A DNA stretch of 64,000 nt from an uncultured virus (IMG/VR IMGVR_UViG_3300046718_000884) (lineage: Duplodnaviria > Heunggongvirae > Uroviricota > Caudoviricetes), in IMG/VR virus record IMGVR_UViG_3300046718_000884; one strand, 5' to 3'. Positions within the stretch are counted from its first letter, which is position 1. Each line of letters begins with the position of its first letter. This document shows positions 61,834 to 64,000 of the stretch, piece by piece. The position numbers and the translations under genes were made by a program. The notes below the pieces were generated by a model. The model was not told the DNA's origin. It did no database searches and saw only the letters and a program-made list of their open reading frames with translations.

Positions 61834-62028
61834 ATGACCACCAAGCCCCAATTGACCACGGCCCAGAAGAAGGCCCTGGCCGCCTACAACTTCCGACTGA
61901 GGGAAGAAGATCGATACCTCGGCTCGGTGTTCGTGACCCCTACGGGTCAGCGGCAGGTCGAGGCCAAGACGAAGGCCGCCTACGACGCGTGCATCAAGCT
62001 CGACATGAGCTGGCAGCACGGACTCTGA
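61834..62028 (+). CDS. small early-type phage protein
   Basis: First ORF after P4. Confidence 0.65.
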   Translation: MTTKPQLTTAQKKALAAYNFRLREEDRYLGSVFVTPTGQRQVEAKTKAAYDACIKLDMSWQHGL

Positions 62029-62049
62029 CAACCCCAAGGAGACCTACGA

Positions 62050-62268
62050 ATGACGACCCCTACCACCATCGTGGTCCGCTACCGGTCGATCGATCGGTTC
62101 AGCAAGACCCGAACCTTCAAGACCCTGGCCGGCGCGCAGACATATGCCCAGCGCTGGGTCGGTGAGTATCCCTCGCTGGGCGGGGGCTACGCGGTCAGCG
62201 ACGACGGCGTCGGCAAGATCACCGTGACGGGCGCCAGCCTGCGCGACCTCTTCCCGGGAGCGGAGTAA
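62050..62268 (+). CDS. small early-type phage protein
   Basis: AAGGAG SD; FKTLAGAQ.YA..WVG..P...YAVSDDG. Confidence 0.7.
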   Translation: MTTPTTIVVRYRSIDRFSKTRTFKTLAGAQTYAQRWVGEYPSLGGGYAVSDDGVGKITVTGASLRDLFPGAE

Positions 62269-62275
62269 CAACCCC

Positions 62276-62614
62276 ATGAACGTCAAACAGAGACAGAACA
62301 TCGAGCGGAGGATCGTCCGTAAGATCGTCACCGACGCGGTCGGCGCCGGCTACACCATCAGCGTGTTCGACTGTGAGGAGTGGACCGTCAAGCGCTCGCA
62401 GGACATCACCAAGATCATGCGCGCGATCATGACCACCGACGACGACACGCTGGCGTTCCGCGACGCGGACGGGACCCCGGTCGGCAAGGTTTGGTTGGTG
62501 TACGGAAATGACGGTTATGACGTCGTTTGCGACTACACCGCCAATGAGAAGACCGAAACCCTGCTGGCCGGGGCGCTCGCCCTGGCCGGGAAGCTTGAGG
62601 AGCAATACGGATGA
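62276..62614 (+). CDS. small early-type phage protein
   Basis: GGAG SD; ERRIV...GYTISV.D...LVYGNDG.DV..DY. Confidence 0.7.
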   Translation: MNVKQRQNIERRIVRKIVTDAVGAGYTISVFDCEEWTVKRSQDITKIMRAIMTTDDDTLAFRDADGTPVGKVWLVYGNDGYDVVCDYTANEKTETLLAGALALAGKLEEQYG

Positions 62615-62961
62615 CCAACCCCATGCACTGGACCAATGTCGGCAAGACCAACATGGTCGCCCAGGACGACCTGGGCGCCTTCCAGGCGCGGCTGCAGGCC
62701 AAGCTGACCGAGTGGCACGTGCTGTGCCAGCACGTCGGCCCCCCGCCGGAGGTCAGCATCGAGCCGGGCACCAAGTACGCCAGGATCGTGGTCACCAGCC
62801 TCGGCCCCCAGCGGTCAGCCTACGGCTTCATCGACCTGACCACCGGCGACCTGCTGAAGGCCGATGGCTGGAAGAAGCCCGCCAAGCACGCCAGGGGCAA
62901 CATCTACGGCGAGAACCCGCTGGCCGGCTGCGACCAGTATGGCATGCAGTATTTGCGGTAA
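62611..62961 (+). CDS. conserved early-type phage protein
   Basis: GAGGAG SD; KYARIV...SAYGFID..TGDLLKA.GWKKPAKHARGNI. Confidence 0.72.
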   Translation: MTNPMHWTNVGKTNMVAQDDLGAFQARLQAKLTEWHVLCQHVGPPPEVSIEPGTKYARIVVTSLGPQRSAYGFIDLTTGDLLKADGWKKPAKHARGNIYGENPLAGCDQYGMQYLR

Positions 62962-62965
62962 ACTC

Positions 62966-62996
62966 TCTTGACATCTCTGGTCAAGATGGTTATATT
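62966..62996 (+). promoter_or_regulatory. promoter/operator P5
   Basis: TCTTGAC-ATCTCTG-GTCAAGA (62966-62986); TTGACA-N17-TATATT. Confidence 0.82.
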
Positions 62997-63002
62997 CCCG
63001 AT

Positions 63003-63189
63003 GCGGCCCGGAAGGAGTGGCCGCGCCATGACTGACTTTCTCGCCTTGGTGACCACGAAAGAGTTCTTGCTGTTCGTGGCCACCGCATTCTCTTCCCTCA
63101 GGCTGGCACTCGGCCTGAGCGGACTGAAGCAGTCCCACGGTTTGCTGTTCGCCTGGACAACCAGCGTCGTCTCGCACGTCGTGTGACGA
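63003..63189 (+). ncRNA. candidate multi-hairpin structured RNA (or structured mRNA for a 52-aa hydrophobic peptide)
   Basis: Six consecutive stems directly after promoter P5. Confidence 0.4.
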
Positions 63190-63217
63190 ACCTCCACCCT
63201 AACGAAAGCTGAATGAC

Positions 63218-63403
63218 ATGAGCAAGATCATCAACGGCATCACCCAGCTATTCCCCGGTAAGACCATCACCACCGTGTGCTACGGCACCAACATCGACGG
63301 ACACCCGTTCGTGCTGGTCGCCACGTCCGATGGTGACATCGTCACGCTCGCCGCTGGCGGGCAGGCGGTCGATCCCGAATTTCACCTGACGGAGGAGGCG
63401 TAG
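63218..63403 (+). CDS. small early-type phage protein
   Basis: 61-aa ORF, phage-like codon usage. Confidence 0.6.
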   Translation: MSKIINGITQLFPGKTITTVCYGTNIDGHPFVLVATSDGDIVTLAAGGQAVDPEFHLTEEA

Positions 63404-63406
63404 GCC

Positions 63407-63604
63407 GTGACCAAGAAGTTTCCCGCGACCCAGTATTCGCCTGACCGGTCGCTCGCGCTGGTCCCCCGGCACAACCCTGACGGCAACATCTGGTGGACCC
63501 TGCATGTCAGGTCACCGAAGAGCCAGGACTATGTCGCGGTCCAGGGCGGCACCACCGCCTATTGGATGATCGACCTGGGCTTCAACCCCTACGCAACGGA
63601 GTAA
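63407..63604 (+). CDS. small early-type phage protein
   Basis: GGAGG SD, GTG start. Confidence 0.6.
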   Translation: MTKKFPATQYSPDRSLALVPRHNPDGNIWWTLHVRSPKSQDYVAVQGGTTAYWMIDLGFNPYATE

Positions 63605-63609
63605 CCAAC

Positions 63610-63798
63610 ATGGGTAAATTCACCCTGACGATCGACACCGACAACGCTGCCTTCGCCGAGATGGGCGCGCTCTCCGAGGTCGCGAGGATCTTGCGGGAAC
63701 TGTCCGATGATCTCGGCGACGACGAGGCCGTCGGCGGAAACCTCTACGACTACAACGGCAACAAGGTTGGTCGGTGGACCAACAAAGGGAGCAAGTGA
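63610..63798 (+). CDS. conserved small phage protein
   Basis: GGAG SD; FTLTIDTDNAAF...EVARILR...LYDYNGNKVG. Confidence 0.7.
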   Translation: MGKFTLTIDTDNAAFAEMGALSEVARILRELSDDLGDDEAVGGNLYDYNGNKVGRWTNKGSK

Positions 63799-63799
63799 C

Positions 63800-64000
63800 A
63801 TGGCCAAGCAACCGACCGCCAAGCAGATCGAGACGGCAAAGCGGAAGCTGGTCGAGCAGATCTACTACAAGAATTGCAGCGGCATGCAGATCAGCGTCCT
63901 GAAGATCGGTGCGTTGTTCAAGCTGGCCGGCAAGATGCTGGACGAGGGCGCCGAGCTGCCGGCGATCGTCAACGCGATGTGGGGGTTCGCCGAGAACCCC
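63800..64000 (+). CDS. hypothetical protein, truncated by window end
   Basis: GGGAG SD; MAKQPTAKQIETAKRKLVEQ... open to end. Confidence 0.6.
   Translation, partial: MAKQPTAKQIETAKRKLVEQIYYKNCSGMQISVLKIGALFKLAGKMLDEGAELPAIVNAMWGFAENP

Noticed and set aside
60135..62986. Repeated palindromes as a CRISPR array or FNR boxes
   Set aside because: Copies are 450-1200 bp apart with genes between them and no cas genes are present; the spacer and arms differ from FNR TTGAT-N4-ATCAA.
63003..63189. Hammerhead or HDV-like ribozyme, or tRNA
   Set aside because: CUGANGA/GAAA core, nested pseudoknot pairings and T-loop/cloverleaf could not be assembled by eye.
1..64000. Integrase, att sites, terminase, portal, DNA polymerase, tRNA genes
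   Set aside because: No supporting motifs found; lifestyle (temperate or lytic) cannot be decided from this window.

Overview
A GC-rich tailed-phage (or prophage) genome segment. No host housekeeping genes, rRNA, tRNA or CRISPR array were seen. Layout: (1) small early-type ORFs on + (1-2755, ending in an XRE-type HTH gene); (2) a minus-strand replication block with an SF2 helicase, a TOPRIM primase-NTPase followed by an origin-like inverted repeat, a VRR-NUC nuclease and an RHH regulator; (3) a + strand recombination block (Gp157-like, ERF); (4) an accessory island with two PEP-CTERM-type surface proteins behind a sigma54-type promoter, a TGT-N11-ACA enhancer-like box and an IHF-like site, followed by an FkbM methyltransferase; (5) a ~40 kb minus-strand virion module of the contractile-tail type (DUF2213 protease, DUF2184 capsid, DUF4054, DUF3383 sheath, tube, frameshifted chaperone pair, spike, hub, tape measure with a GH73-like domain, baseplate, several very large fibre proteins) that also carries a GT9-like glycosyltransferase, a T4-T-like holin candidate and an HNH-AP2 endonuclease; (6) a second + strand cluster of small genes driven by five sigma70-type promoters, each overlapped by the same TCTTGAC-N7-GTCAAGA palindrome. 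Terminase, portal, integrase and a stand-alone endolysin were not recognised in the window. All family assignments are by-eye motif recognition, not database results. An alphaproteobacterial host is only an inference.
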